Shown here in pieces: positions 35,843-44,673 of a DNA stretch of 64,000 nucleotides. Source of the stretch: Clostridia bacterium. Its GTDB lineage: Bacteria > Bacillota > Clostridia > Christensenellales > Aristaeellaceae. Where the stretch lies: the NCBI GenBank assembly GCA_017527065.1, contig JAFXQO010000073.1, forward strand, positions 1,693 to 65,692, read 5' to 3'. Every line of letters starts with the position of its first letter. Position 1 is the stretch's first letter. The position numbers and the translations under genes are program-made. The notes under the pieces are model-generated. The model was not told the origin of the DNA and did no database searches. It saw nothing but the letters and a program-made list of their open reading frames with translations.

Positions 35843-35880
35843 AAAAAACCAGCCCTCGCGCGGTGCGGGGGCTGGTTTTG
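35843..35880. terminator. bidirectional terminator (TSUP gene / rpsR)
   Basis: AAAAAACCAGCCC...GGGCTGGTTTTG. Confidence 0.7.
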
Positions 35881-35893
35881 CTTTTCGATTGAA

Positions 35894-36151
35894 TCAATCG
35901 GTGGTGTAGGGCATCAGGGCCACGGTGCGGGCGCGCTTGATCGCCACGGACAGCTGGCGCTGGTGCTTGGCGCAGGTGCCGGACATGCGGCGGGGCAGGA
36001 TCTTGCCGCGCTCGTTGGTGAAACGGCGCAGGCGGGTGATGTCCTTGTAATCGATATGCTGGATCTTGTCAACACAGAACATGCAGACCTTGCGGCGCTG
36101 CTTGCGGCCGCGCGGACGGCGCATGCCGCGATCGCCTCTATCTTCAGACAT
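35894..36151 (-). CDS. rpsR: 30S ribosomal protein S18
   Basis: CMFC...IDYKD...[21 protein letters not shown] signature. Confidence 0.95.
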   Translation of the reverse strand: MSEDRGDRGMRRPRGRKQRRKVCMFCVDKIQHIDYKDITRLRRFTNERGKILPRRMSGTCAKHQRQLSVAIKRARTVALMPYTTD

Positions 36152-36191
36152 GATTGTCTCCTCCTTCTGCTAAATGGTGATTTCCTCTCGG

Positions 36192-36623
36192 TCAGAAAGG
36201 AAGCTCGTCGTCGTCAACCTGAGTAAAGCCGGTGTTGCTCGTATAGGAAGAAGACGGTTCGGGCGGCGGCGGAACGTCGCCGGGATTATACTGACTGGAG
36301 CTGTTCGGGTTGCCGCCGACGAATTCGACCTCGTCGGCCACGACCTCGGTGATGTAGCGCTTGGTCCCGTCCTGCGCATCATAGGAACGGTTCTGCAGAG
36401 ACCCCACGACGGCGCACTTGCGGCCCTTCGAGAGGAATCTCGCGCACAGCTCTGCGGTCTGGCGCCAGGCGACGATGTTGAAAAAGTCGGCCTCGCGCAC
36501 GCCCTGCTGATTGGCGAAGCGGCGCTGAACGGCGATGCGGAAGGTGCACAGCGAAATATCGGAGGCGGTCTTGCGCAGCTCGGGGTCAGCCACCAGGTTG
36601 CCGATCAATATAACCTTATTCAT
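36192..36623 (-). CDS. ssb: single-stranded DNA-binding protein
   Basis: MNKVILIGNLVADPELR OB-fold N-terminus and the acidic tail DDDELPF. Confidence 0.95.
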   Translation of the reverse strand: MNKVILIGNLVADPELRKTASDISLCTFRIAVQRRFANQQGVREADFFNIVAWRQTAELCARFLSKGRKCAVVGSLQNRSYDAQDGTKRYITEVVADEVEFVGGNPNSSSQYNPGDVPPPPEPSSSYTSNTGFTQVDDDELPF

Positions 36624-36659
36624 ACCAGATTCACCTGTCTTCCGTCGGGCGTAAGGGGA

Positions 36660-37103
36660 TTACTCCTGCTCGGTCGCTTCAACCGCGGGGGCTTCCTCAG
36701 CGGGCGCTTCGGGAGCGGGGGCCTCGGCCTCGGCGGGCGCTTCAGCCTCAGCGGCAGGCGCGGCGGCCTCGGTATGAGGCGTGTAGGGCTTCAGCGGCTC
36801 GCGCTTCGGCGGCAGCGCGCCCTCGTAGCGGATCACCATGTAGCGGAGAACGTTCTCGTTGATCTGGAAGTTGCGCTCCAGCTCACGGGGCAGTTCGGCG
36901 GGGGCCGCGATGTACATCAGCACATAGTAGCCTTCCGTCTTGTAGTTGATGGCATACGCCAGGCGGCGCTTGCCCCATTCATCGACGCGGTCAACCTGAC
37001 CACCATTCAGCTCTACCAGACCCGAAAAGCGATTGATCAGGTCAGCGCGAGCCTGCTCTTCCAGAGCGGTATCGATGACGTACATGACTTCGTATTGATT
37101 CAT
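36660..37103 (-). CDS. rpsF: 30S ribosomal protein S6 with A/E/P-rich C-terminal extension
   Basis: MNQYEVMYVID...WGKRRLAY core, then about 45 aa of AEAPA-type repeats. Confidence 0.9.
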   Translation of the reverse strand: MNQYEVMYVIDTALEEQARADLINRFSGLVELNGGQVDRVDEWGKRRLAYAINYKTEGYYVLMYIAAPAELPRELERNFQINENVLRYMVIRYEGALPPKREPLKPYTPHTEAAAPAAEAEAPAEAEAPAPEAPAEEAPAVEATEQE

Positions 37104-37238
37104 TGCTTTTCACCTCCTTATGGACTTGCGGCCCTGATCGGTTTATCAGGGCAAGGATGCGCTAATAATGTATTATAACGGTTTTGGGTCAATAGTTCAA
37201 TATGTTGCGGGAAATTTTACAAACGGGCGTTTCCCTGT

Positions 37239-38309
37239 TCACCCCTGCTTCGCGTACTGGTGGATCAGCTGCATCACGTTCGCCACGCCGTCGGCGGAGT
37301 GCTCCCGCTCCATGGCGTCGATCAGCTCGCCGCGGTTCTTGTAGGTGTCCACCACGGCGGAGAAGAGGGTGTCCGGCGTCATGTCTTCCTGCATCAGCAC
37401 CCGCGCCAGGCCCCGCTGCTCGAAGGAGCGGGCGTTGAGGATCTGGTCGCCGCGGCTGGCCTCCCTGGGATAGGGGATCAGCAGGGCGGGCTTGTGCAGC
37501 GCCAGGATCTCGCACAGCGTGTTGGAGCCCGCGCGGGAAATGAGCACGTCGGCGCAGGCGTAGGCGTGGCTCATCTGCTCGTCGAGGTATTCGTACTGGT
37601 GATAGCGGATCGCGCCTTCCATCTCGGGGTCGAGGTTGCCCTTGCCGCACAGGTGCAGCACCTGGAAGCAGTCGGTCAGGGGCCCGAGCGCCTGGCGCAC
37701 GGCCTTGTTCACGGCCTGCGCGCCGCTGGAGCCGCCCACCACCATGAGCACCGGGCGCGGGTCGTCCAGGGAGAAGAGCTTCAGGCCCGTCTCGCGGCTG
37801 CCGCTGAACAGCTCGGCGCGCAGCGGCGTGCCGGTCACGCGGCCCTTCCGGCCGGCCGAGGCGGCCGCCTCGGGGAAGGTGCAGCACAGCGCCTTGGCGA
37901 AGGGCGCGGAGATCTTGTTCGCCAGGCCGGGGGACATGTCGGATTCATGCAGCAGCACGGGCACGCCGGCCATGCGCGCGCCGTACACCACGGGCACGGA
38001 CACGAAGCCGCCCTTTGAGAAGACGATGTCCGGCCTGATCTGGCGCACCAGCGCGGCGGCCTGGAAGGCCCCCTGAACCACGCGGAAAGGATCTGTGAAG
38101 TTTTTGAGGTCGAAATACCGGCGCAGCTTGCCGGTCTTGACGACGTGATAGCTCACGCCGTCGAGGGGCTCGATGAGCCGCCGCTCGATGCCGTTTTCCG
38201 TGCCGATGTAGTGGATCTCCCAGCCCTCGGCGCGCAGCGTGGGGATGAGCGCCAGATTCGGGGTGACGTGGCCGGCGGTGCCGCCGCCCGTCAGGACGAT
38301 TTTCTTCAT
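37239..38309 (-). CDS. murG: UDP-GlcNAc:undecaprenyl-PP-MurNAc-pentapeptide GlcNAc transferase
   Basis: MKKIVLTGGGTAGHV G-loop and the GGSSGA motif. ATG at 38309 after a GGAGGG SD. Confidence 0.9.
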   Translation of the reverse strand: MKKIVLTGGGTAGHVTPNLALIPTLRAEGWEIHYIGTENGIERRLIEPLDGVSYHVVKTGKLRRYFDLKNFTDPFRVVQGAFQAAALVRQIRPDIVFSKGGFVSVPVVYGARMAGVPVLLHESDMSPGLANKISAPFAKALCCTFPEAAASAGRKGRVTGTPLRAELFSGSRETGLKLFSLDDPRPVLMVVGGSSGAQAVNKAVRQALGPLTDCFQVLHLCGKGNLDPEMEGAIRYHQYEYLDEQMSHAYACADVLISRAGSNTLCEILALHKPALLIPYPREASRGDQILNARSFEQRGLARVLMQEDMTPDTLFSAVVDTYKNRGELIDAMEREHSADGVANVMQLIHQYAKQG

Positions 38310-38631
38310 GGACTGCCCTCCTGCAAAGCACAGGGATTTCATCGCCAGCTATTATATCATAACGAACTGGGCGCAGTTTTACCGTGCTGTAAAAACGGCG
38401 CAAAAAGTGGGGCGGAAAAGGGAAAGATTTGACTTGATCCGGCTGAGCGCGCGGCGCTTTTTCCCCGTCCGCCGGGCCGAATCATCTATACGCCGGCTTG
38501 AGGGGCGGCATGCGCGGCTTTTATTTCAGCAGGAAATGTAAAACATTGGTAAAATCGGATTTTTGGCAGGAATTCAAGGTTTCATGTAGAAAAGTAATCC
38601 AGAATAGCGAAACTGTCGTAAGAAGGCTTTT

Positions 38632-40629
38632 GTGCGAATGGAGCTGACGGTTGCCTCTCATGTGGGGTTCTGCTTTGGCGTCAGGCGCGCCGTGGCGGAA
38701 GCGGAAAAGCTGCTCGACGCGGGGAAGACCGTGCGCACGCTTGGCCCGGTGATCCACAACCCTCAGATCGTCGAGTCCCTCGCGGCCCGGGGCGCGCGCG
38801 TGGTGTCCTCTCCCGAAGAGGTGGAGCCGGGCGCGACGGCGCTGATCCGGGCGCACGGCGTGGGCCGGGCGGTGATCGAGGCGCTGGAGGCGCGGGGCGT
38901 CGAAGTCGCGGACGCGACCTGCCCCTTTGTGAAGCGCATCCACGCGCTGGCCGACGAAGCGGCGGCTTCCGGCATGCGGGTGCTGGTGGTCGGCGCGAAG
39001 GATCATCCCGAGGTGCGGGGCATCCTGGGGTGGGCCCGCGGCCGCGGCCTCGCCATTGAGACGGAGGAAGAAGCCGAAGCGGCGCCCGGCGGGGGCAAGG
39101 CCCTCGTCGTCGCCCAGACGACGGTCACGCCGGAGCGGTTCGAGCGGGTATGCGCCGTTCTGAAGCGCCGCGGCATGGATCTCGATATCCGGAACACCAT
39201 CTGCCAGACCACGCCCGTCCGCCAGCGGGAGGCGGTCGAGATCGCCCAAAAGGTTGACGTGATGCTGGTCATCGGCGGAAAGAACAGCTCGAATACGCGC
39301 AGGCTGTACGAGCTGTGCCGGGCCATCTGCCCCCGGACCTATCTGGCGGAAACCGCGCGGGAAATCCAAAATATAAAAATCAGCCCGCGCGATCACATCG
39401 GTATTACCGCCGGCGCCTCGACGCCGGATGGTACATTTAAGGAGGTTGTTGCACGAATGAACGACATCAAGAATCAGGAACAGGAAGAACTTCAGCAAGA
39501 GACCGTGGCCGAGCCCGATTTCGCGGCAGAGTATGAAAAGACGCTTGTCCAGCTCCGTCCGGGTCAGACCGTCACCGGCAAGGTCGTGCAGATCACCGAG
39601 GACGAGGTCTGCGTGAATGTGGGCTACAAGGCGGACGGCCTGGTCAAGAAGTCCGACCTGTCCACGCCCGATGTCAAGATCGATGACGAAATCGAGGTCG
39701 AGGTCGTCAAGGTCAACGATGGCGAGGGCAATGTGCTGCTGAGCCAGCGCAACATTGTCAACCGCAAGGTGTGGGATGCCATCGTCGCCGCCTACGAATC
39801 CGGCGAGATCGTCAAGGGCGTCGGCAAAGAATCCGTAAAGGGCGGCCTGATTGCCGATGTCATGGGCATTCGCGCGTTTATTCCGGCCTCCCTGCTGTCC
39901 CTGCGCTACGTCGAGAAGATCGACGAGTTCGTGGGCCAGGAGATGGATCTGAAAATCATCGAGATCGACAAGAGCAAGAAGCGCGTCGTGGCCTCCCGCA
40001 AGGCCGTGCTCCAGGCCGAGGAAGAGGCCAAGAAGGCCGAGGCCTGGGAAAAGCTGGCTGAAGGCGAGATCGTGAAGGGCATCGTCCGCAGGCTGACCAC
40101 CTTCGGCGCCTTCGTGGATATCGGCGGCGTGGACGGCCTGGTCCACGTGTCCGATCTGGCCTGGAAGCGCGTGGGTCATCCCTCCGAGGTCGTTTCCGTC
40201 GGCCAGGAGATCGACGTGAAGATCATCAAGCTCGACAAGGAGCGCGACCGCATCTCCCTGAGCTACAAGGCCACCCAGCCGAAGCTGTGGGACATCGCCG
40301 GCGAGAAGTACATCCCCGGCACCGTCGTGTCCGGCAAGGTCGTGCGCATTGTGCCCTACGGCGCGTTCGTTGAGCTCGAGCCCGGCCTGGACGGCATGGT
40401 TCACATCTCCCAGTGCGCGCCCACCCGCATCGAGAAGGTTGAGGACGCCGTGAACGTGGGCGATGAGATCCGCGTGAAGATCCTGAGCGTGGACACCGAA
40501 GCCAAGCGCATCAGCCTGAGCATCAAGGAAGCCCTGGCCGACGACGCCCTGGAGTCCGTCTCCGAGGACGAGTTCGCCATTCCCGAGGCCCCCGAAGCCG
40601 CTGAAGCGCCCGAGGCCCCCGAAGCCTGA
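38632..40629 (+). CDS. ispH: fusion of 4-hydroxy-3-methylbut-2-enyl diphosphate reductase (IspH) and ribosomal protein S1 repeats
   Basis: The N-terminal ~280 aa is IspH (GFCFGVRRAV, DATCPFV, NTIC...). It is followed by four S1 domains (GQTVTGKVVQITEDEVCVNVG..., etc.). The start is GTG 38632 or ATG 38638. Confidence 0.9.
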   Translation: MRMELTVASHVGFCFGVRRAVAEAEKLLDAGKTVRTLGPVIHNPQIVESLAARGARVVSSPEEVEPGATALIRAHGVGRAVIEALEARGVEVADATCPFVKRIHALADEAAASGMRVLVVGAKDHPEVRGILGWARGRGLAIETEEEAEAAPGGGKALVVAQTTVTPERFERVCAVLKRRGMDLDIRNTICQTTPVRQREAVEIAQKVDVMLVIGGKNSSNTRRLYELCRAICPRTYLAETAREIQNIKISPRDHIGITAGASTPDGTFKEVVARMNDIKNQEQEELQQETVAEPDFAAEYEKTLVQLRPGQTVTGKVVQITEDEVCVNVGYKADGLVKKSDLSTPDVKIDDEIEVEVVKVNDGEGNVLLSQRNIVNRKVWDAIVAAYESGEIVKGVGKESVKGGLIADVMGIRAFIPASLLSLRYVEKIDEFVGQEMDLKIIEIDKSKKRVVASRKAVLQAEEEAKKAEAWEKLAEGEIVKGIVRRLTTFGAFVDIGGVDGLVHVSDLAWKRVGHPSEVVSVGQEIDVKIIKLDKERDRISLSYKATQPKLWDIAGEKYIPGTVVSGKVVRIVPYGAFVELEPGLDGMVHISQCAPTRIEKVEDAVNVGDEIRVKILSVDTEAKRISLSIKEALADDALESVSEDEFAIPEAPEAAEAPEAPEA

Positions 40630-40646
40630 TCCCACTGAAACCAGCG

Positions 40647-40680
40647 CAGCGCCCCTCCGAGAGGAGAGGCGCTGTTTTTT
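40647..40680 (+). terminator. rho-independent terminator
   Basis: CAGCGCCCCTC...GAGAGGCGCTG followed by TTTTTT. Confidence 0.8.
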
Positions 40681-40702
40681 GCGTGATCGCGCGCGTTATC
40701 CG

Positions 40703-40731
40703 TTGACAATTTGGACGCAATCGTGTACCAT
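40703..40731 (+). promoter_or_regulatory. sigma-70 promoter of the TA operon (TTGACA, 17 nt spacer, TACCAT)
   Basis: TTGACA at 40703-40708 and TACCAT at 40726-40731. Confidence 0.5.
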
Positions 40732-40750
40732 TATGGCAGGAGGTGAGCTC

Positions 40751-41032
40751 ATGAACTTCTATTCCATGCGCGATTTGCGCACAGGCTCCAAGAACATGTG
40801 GGCCGATCTCACCCGCGGCGACGAGGTCGTGCTGACCAACAACGGCAAGCCCTCCGCGCTGGTCGTCGACATCCCCGAGGGCAGCTTTGACGAAATCATC
40901 CAGGCCGTCCGCCAGGCCAAGGCCATGATCGCCCTGAACAACATGCGCAGGCGGGCCGCGCGCGAGGGATACAAGACCGACGAGGAGATAGAATCCCTCG
41001 TCGACGAGGCGAGAGGCGGAGGCCGGCCATGA
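40751..41032 (+). CDS. Phd/YefM-type antitoxin
   Basis: AGGAGGTG SD followed by ATG at 40751. MNFYSMRDLRTGSKNMWADLTRGDEVVLTNNGKPSALVVDI is a typical Phd N-terminus. Its stop overlaps the next start (ATGA). Confidence 0.8.
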   Translation: MNFYSMRDLRTGSKNMWADLTRGDEVVLTNNGKPSALVVDIPEGSFDEIIQAVRQAKAMIALNNMRRRAAREGYKTDEEIESLVDEARGGGRP

Positions 41033-41421
41033 ACATCGTGCTGGACACCAACGTCCTCGTCTCCGCGGCGTGGTCGCCGGGCCGGAACGCGAGCGACATC
41101 CTGAACGCCGCGTTTGCCCGGCGGTTCACCGTGTGCTACGATTATCGCATCCTCGAAGAATACGACCGCGTCCTGCGCTATCCCAAGCTGAAATTCAGCG
41201 AGAGCGAAATCAGCGCGATACTCGATCCATTGATCAAAAACGGCCTTTCCGTCGTGGCGGAGCCCCTGCCGGACGTCTCGTTTGAAAGGGACGATACCGA
41301 CCGGAAATTCTATGAAGTGGCGAAGTTCTGCCGTGCGGTCCTCGTGACGGGGAACCTCGTCCACTATCCGTCCGATCCCGATATCATGTCTCCCGCCGAA
41401 TTCTGCCGGAAATACCTGTGA
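41029..41421 (+). CDS. PIN-domain toxin (TIGR00305-like)
   Basis: MNIVLDTNVLVSA (first acidic PIN residue), with later D/E positions and VTGN near the C-terminus. Confidence 0.8.
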   Translation: MNIVLDTNVLVSAAWSPGRNASDILNAAFARRFTVCYDYRILEEYDRVLRYPKLKFSESEISAILDPLIKNGLSVVAEPLPDVSFERDDTDRKFYEVAKFCRAVLVTGNLVHYPSDPDIMSPAEFCRKYL

Positions 41422-41510
41422 GGGGCGGCCGTTTTGCCCGGCCGCCCCTCGCTTGATCTCCTGTTCCGGCTCGTCGACGCCCCGCGCTGGGCGCTGTCAT
41501 TTGCCCGAAA

Positions 41511-42599
41511 CTAAATATCCAATTCCGGCAGCCGCCAGCGCGTATACAGCACGCTGGTCTTTTCGTCTCCCGGCACCCGCTGGTAATACACCGTGAAGAT
41601 CGAACCGTCCGCAAGCTCCACCGAGGCGGGGTAGCCCAGGTCGGCCTCCGGGCCGTCGTCGCGCAGTATGATCTCCTCGCTCCAGGTCAGGCCGTCCCGG
41701 GTGAGCAGCGCGCGCTGGCCGTAGGGCTCGTGCCGGTAGCCGTACACGCACACCGCCACCCCGGAGGAGTGCATGAGCAGGTGCGGCGGGGTGCCGTCGC
41801 AGGGCAGGCGGCAGGCTTCGCTCCAGGTGAGGCCGCCGTCGGTCGAGCGGCTCATCCACACGGCCGCCGTGTCCTTTTCATGCACGCGCATGGCGCACAG
41901 CAGCGCGCCGTCCTCCAGCTCCGCCAGGTGCGGCTCGTGGATCTGGTCCGCCCCGAACCCCGCCGGGCGGGGCACTGTGGCGATCACGCGCCAGCTCGCG
42001 CCCAGATCGTCGCTGAGGGCCACGGCCACGTCTTCGTTCACGGGGCGGGCGTCGCGCTCGGGGAAGGGCTTGCCGGCGTACATGAGCGCGCCGCTCTTCA
42101 GCAGGATCGGGCCGTGGGGCGCGGTGACGGGGGCGCGGCGCGGGGCGCTCCAGGTCTGGCCGCCGTCCAGGCTGAGGCGCGTCCAGCTGCCCGCGCCGGC
42201 GCGGACGACGCCGTCCGTGATCGCGCTGAGCTTGGCCTCCATCCAGGGGATCATGTCCTGCGGCAGGTGCTTGAGGAAGTTCTCGTAGAACTGGCGCGGG
42301 TCGAGGGTGAACCAGGTGAGCAGCAGCGTCTTCCCGCCCAGCGACACAATGCCCGCGTCGCGGTCGTCCAGCGGGGAATCGTGGGCCACGACCGGCGCGG
42401 TCCAGGTTTTGCCGTCGTCGCGGCTGAAGCAGACGCTGTCCTTGCCCCAGGGGCAGATGTGGGCGCAGCGCGGCCCGCTCGCCGCCACGGCCAGCGCGCC
42501 GTCCTCCATCCGGGCGACGGAGGGCCAGCCGAAATAGCCAAACGGGCTGCCCGGCATGCGGCAGACGACGCCGTGCTCGCCGCTGATTTTGACGCTCAT
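41511..42599 (-). CDS. BNR/Asp-box exo-alpha-sialidase-like protein without signal peptide
   Basis: AAGGGGGA SD before the ATG at 42599. Five Asp-box-like motifs (SRDDGKTW, SLDGGQTW, SDDLGASW, STDGGLTW, TRDGLTW) and an N-terminal CRMP (FRIP-like) motif. The upstream part of the track ORF is read-through over the next gene. Confidence 0.7.
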   Translation of the reverse strand: MSVKISGEHGVVCRMPGSPFGYFGWPSVARMEDGALAVAASGPRCAHICPWGKDSVCFSRDDGKTWTAPVVAHDSPLDDRDAGIVSLGGKTLLLTWFTLDPRQFYENFLKHLPQDMIPWMEAKLSAITDGVVRAGAGSWTRLSLDGGQTWSAPRRAPVTAPHGPILLKSGALMYAGKPFPERDARPVNEDVAVALSDDLGASWRVIATVPRPAGFGADQIHEPHLAELEDGALLCAMRVHEKDTAAVWMSRSTDGGLTWSEACRLPCDGTPPHLLMHSSGVAVCVYGYRHEPYGQRALLTRDGLTWSEEIILRDDGPEADLGYPASVELADGSIFTVYYQRVPGDEKTSVLYTRWRLPELDI

Positions 42600-42613
42600 G
42601 GCCGTTCCCCCTT

Positions 42614-43513
42614 TTACGCGAAGGCGTCCACGCCGCCCAGCGCGTCCACTTCCGCGAGGAACGCTTCCTTCTGTGCGGCGGTGAGGCGCTTCATGGGCCG
42701 GTTGGTCTCGCCTATGTCGTAGCCGCGCTTGTCGAGCATGAGCTTGCAGCAGGAGATGACGTCGTATTTGAGCATCAGCTCGATCAGGTCGTCCGCCTTC
42801 ATCTGCAGCGGCTTGGCCTCTTCGGCGCGGCCGGCCTTCACGGCCCCGTAGAGCCGGACGAACAGCCTTGGCATGACGTTGTAAGTGGAACCGATGGCGG
42901 CGTCCGCGCCCATCAGGAGGCCCAGCATGCAGGTCTCGTCCGGGCCGTTGATGATGTTGATGTTGCCGCCGTCCAGCTTCTTGTAGCGGGTCATGAGGAA
43001 GTAGTTGGGGTTGGTGTACTTCATGCCGACGAAGCCGGGGATGTCCAGCATCTTTTCCACGGTCTCCACGGCCAGCGGCGTCCCGCTCAGGGGCGAGGCG
43101 TAAATGAGCAGCGGCAGCGCTTCGCTCTCGTCGGAGATGGCGCGGTAGTAGTCGATGACGCCGCGCTCGTCGTAGTTGAAGAAGAACGGCGGCACGGAGG
43201 AGACGCCGTCCAGCCCGATTTGCCGGCTGTGGCGCGCCAGGCGGCGCACGGTGGCCAGGTCGGCCGCGCCGATGTGGTTGATGAGCTTCATGCCCTCCGG
43301 CACTTCGTCCTTCACGATTTCGACCAGCTCCATGCGCCGCTCGGGGGCCATGGCGATGCCCTCGCCGGTGGCGCCGCACAGGTAGAAGCCGGTGACGCCG
43401 GTCTGGGACAGGTCCCGCACCAGGCGGCGCAGCGCCTTCTCGCGGATGGAGCCGTCCTCGTTCACGGGGGAGAGCAGCGCCGGCATGATGCCGGTAAAGA
43501 GTATGCGGTTCAT
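42614..43513 (-). CDS. DapA/NanA-family lyase (probable N-acetylneuraminate lyase)
   Basis: 299 aa. GFYLCGATGEG motif and family length. Adjacent to the sialidase-like gene. Confidence 0.7.
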   Translation of the reverse strand: MNRILFTGIMPALLSPVNEDGSIREKALRRLVRDLSQTGVTGFYLCGATGEGIAMAPERRMELVEIVKDEVPEGMKLINHIGAADLATVRRLARHSRQIGLDGVSSVPPFFFNYDERGVIDYYRAISDESEALPLLIYASPLSGTPLAVETVEKMLDIPGFVGMKYTNPNYFLMTRYKKLDGGNINIINGPDETCMLGLLMGADAAIGSTYNVMPRLFVRLYGAVKAGRAEEAKPLQMKADDLIELMLKYDVISCCKLMLDKRGYDIGETNRPMKRLTAAQKEAFLAEVDALGGVDAFA

Positions 43514-43535
43514 GAGAGGCCCTCCTTTTTTCCGG

Positions 43536-44633
43536 TCACACGTTGAAGCGGAACAGCGTCACGTCGCCGTCCTGCATCACATAGTCCTTGCCCTCGCTGC
43601 GCACCAGGCCCTTCTCCTTGCAGGCGTTCATGGAGCCCTCGCGCACCAGGTCCTCATAGGCCACGATCTCAGCGCGGATGAAGCCCTTCTCGAAGTCGGT
43701 GTGGATCTTGCCGGCGGCCTGGGGGGCCTTGGTGCCCTTTTCGATGGTCCAGGCGCGCACCTCCTTGGGCCCGGCGGTGAGGAAGCTGATGAGGCCCAGC
43801 AGGTCGTAGCTCACCTGCACCAGGCGGTCCAGGCCGCTGGCGCCGATGCCCAGCTCTTCCAGGAACATCTGCTTCTCGTCCAGCGGCAGCTGGGCGATCT
43901 CCTCCTCCACCTTGGCGGAGATGACCATCACGCGGGCGTTTTCCCTTTCGGCGATCTGACGCACCTTCCGGACGTTCGGCAGGTCGTCCTCGCCCTCGCC
44001 CAGCTCGTCCTCGCCGATGTTCGCGGCGTAGAGCACGGGCTTCATCGTCAGCAGGAACCAGTCCTCCACCTGCGCGCGCTCGTCGTCGGTCAGCTCGCAG
44101 GTGCGGGCGGGCCGGCCCTCGTTCAGGTGGGCCAGCACCTTGTTGGCGGCGGAGAGCTCCACGGCCAGCTTGCTGTCGCCGTTTTTCACCAGGTGGCTGG
44201 CCTTTTCCTGACGCCGGGTCACGGTTTCCAGGTCGGCCAGGATGAGCTCGGTCTCGATGGTCTCGATGTCCCGCGCCGGATCGACGGAGCCGTCCACGTG
44301 GATGATGTTTTCGTCCTCAAAGCAGCGCACCACGTGCACGATGGCGTCCACCTCGCGGATGTGCGAGAGGAACTTGTTGCCCAGGCCCTCGCCGCGGCTG
44401 GCGCCCTTCACCAGGCCCGCGATATCCACGAATTCGATGGTGGCGGGGGTGTACTTCTCGGGGTGGTACATCTCGCTGAGCACGTCCAGCCGGCTGTCCG
44501 GCACGGCCACAACGCCGGTGTTGGGCTCGATGGTGCAGAAGGGATAGTTCGCGGCCTGCGCGCCCGCGCAGGTGATGGCGTTGAACAGGGTGCTCTTGCC
44601 CACGTTCGGAAGGCCGACGACGCCTAATTTCAT
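43536..44633 (-). CDS. ychF: redox-regulated ATPase YchF
   Basis: [20 protein letters not shown]1 motif, TGS-like C-terminus and 365 aa length. Confidence 0.95.
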   Translation of the reverse strand: MKLGVVGLPNVGKSTLFNAITCAGAQAANYPFCTIEPNTGVVAVPDSRLDVLSEMYHPEKYTPATIEFVDIAGLVKGASRGEGLGNKFLSHIREVDAIVHVVRCFEDENIIHVDGSVDPARDIETIETELILADLETVTRRQEKASHLVKNGDSKLAVELSAANKVLAHLNEGRPARTCELTDDERAQVEDWFLLTMKPVLYAANIGEDELGEGEDDLPNVRKVRQIAERENARVMVISAKVEEEIAQLPLDEKQMFLEELGIGASGLDRLVQVSYDLLGLISFLTAGPKEVRAWTIEKGTKAPQAAGKIHTDFEKGFIRAEIVAYEDLVREGSMNACKEKGLVRSEGKDYVMQDGDVTLFRFNV

Positions 44634-44673
44634 GAAATCACATCTCCTTTTATGGTAAAACCGCGCGGACGCG

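Noticed and set aside
42600-43379. N-terminal ~260 aa of track ORF 41511-43379, and likewise 57648-58412 of ORF 57156-58412
   Set aside because: These extensions run out of frame through nanA-like and argC respectively and are R/P/G-rich. Internal ATGs with good SDs (42599 and 57647) give proteins of normal family length.
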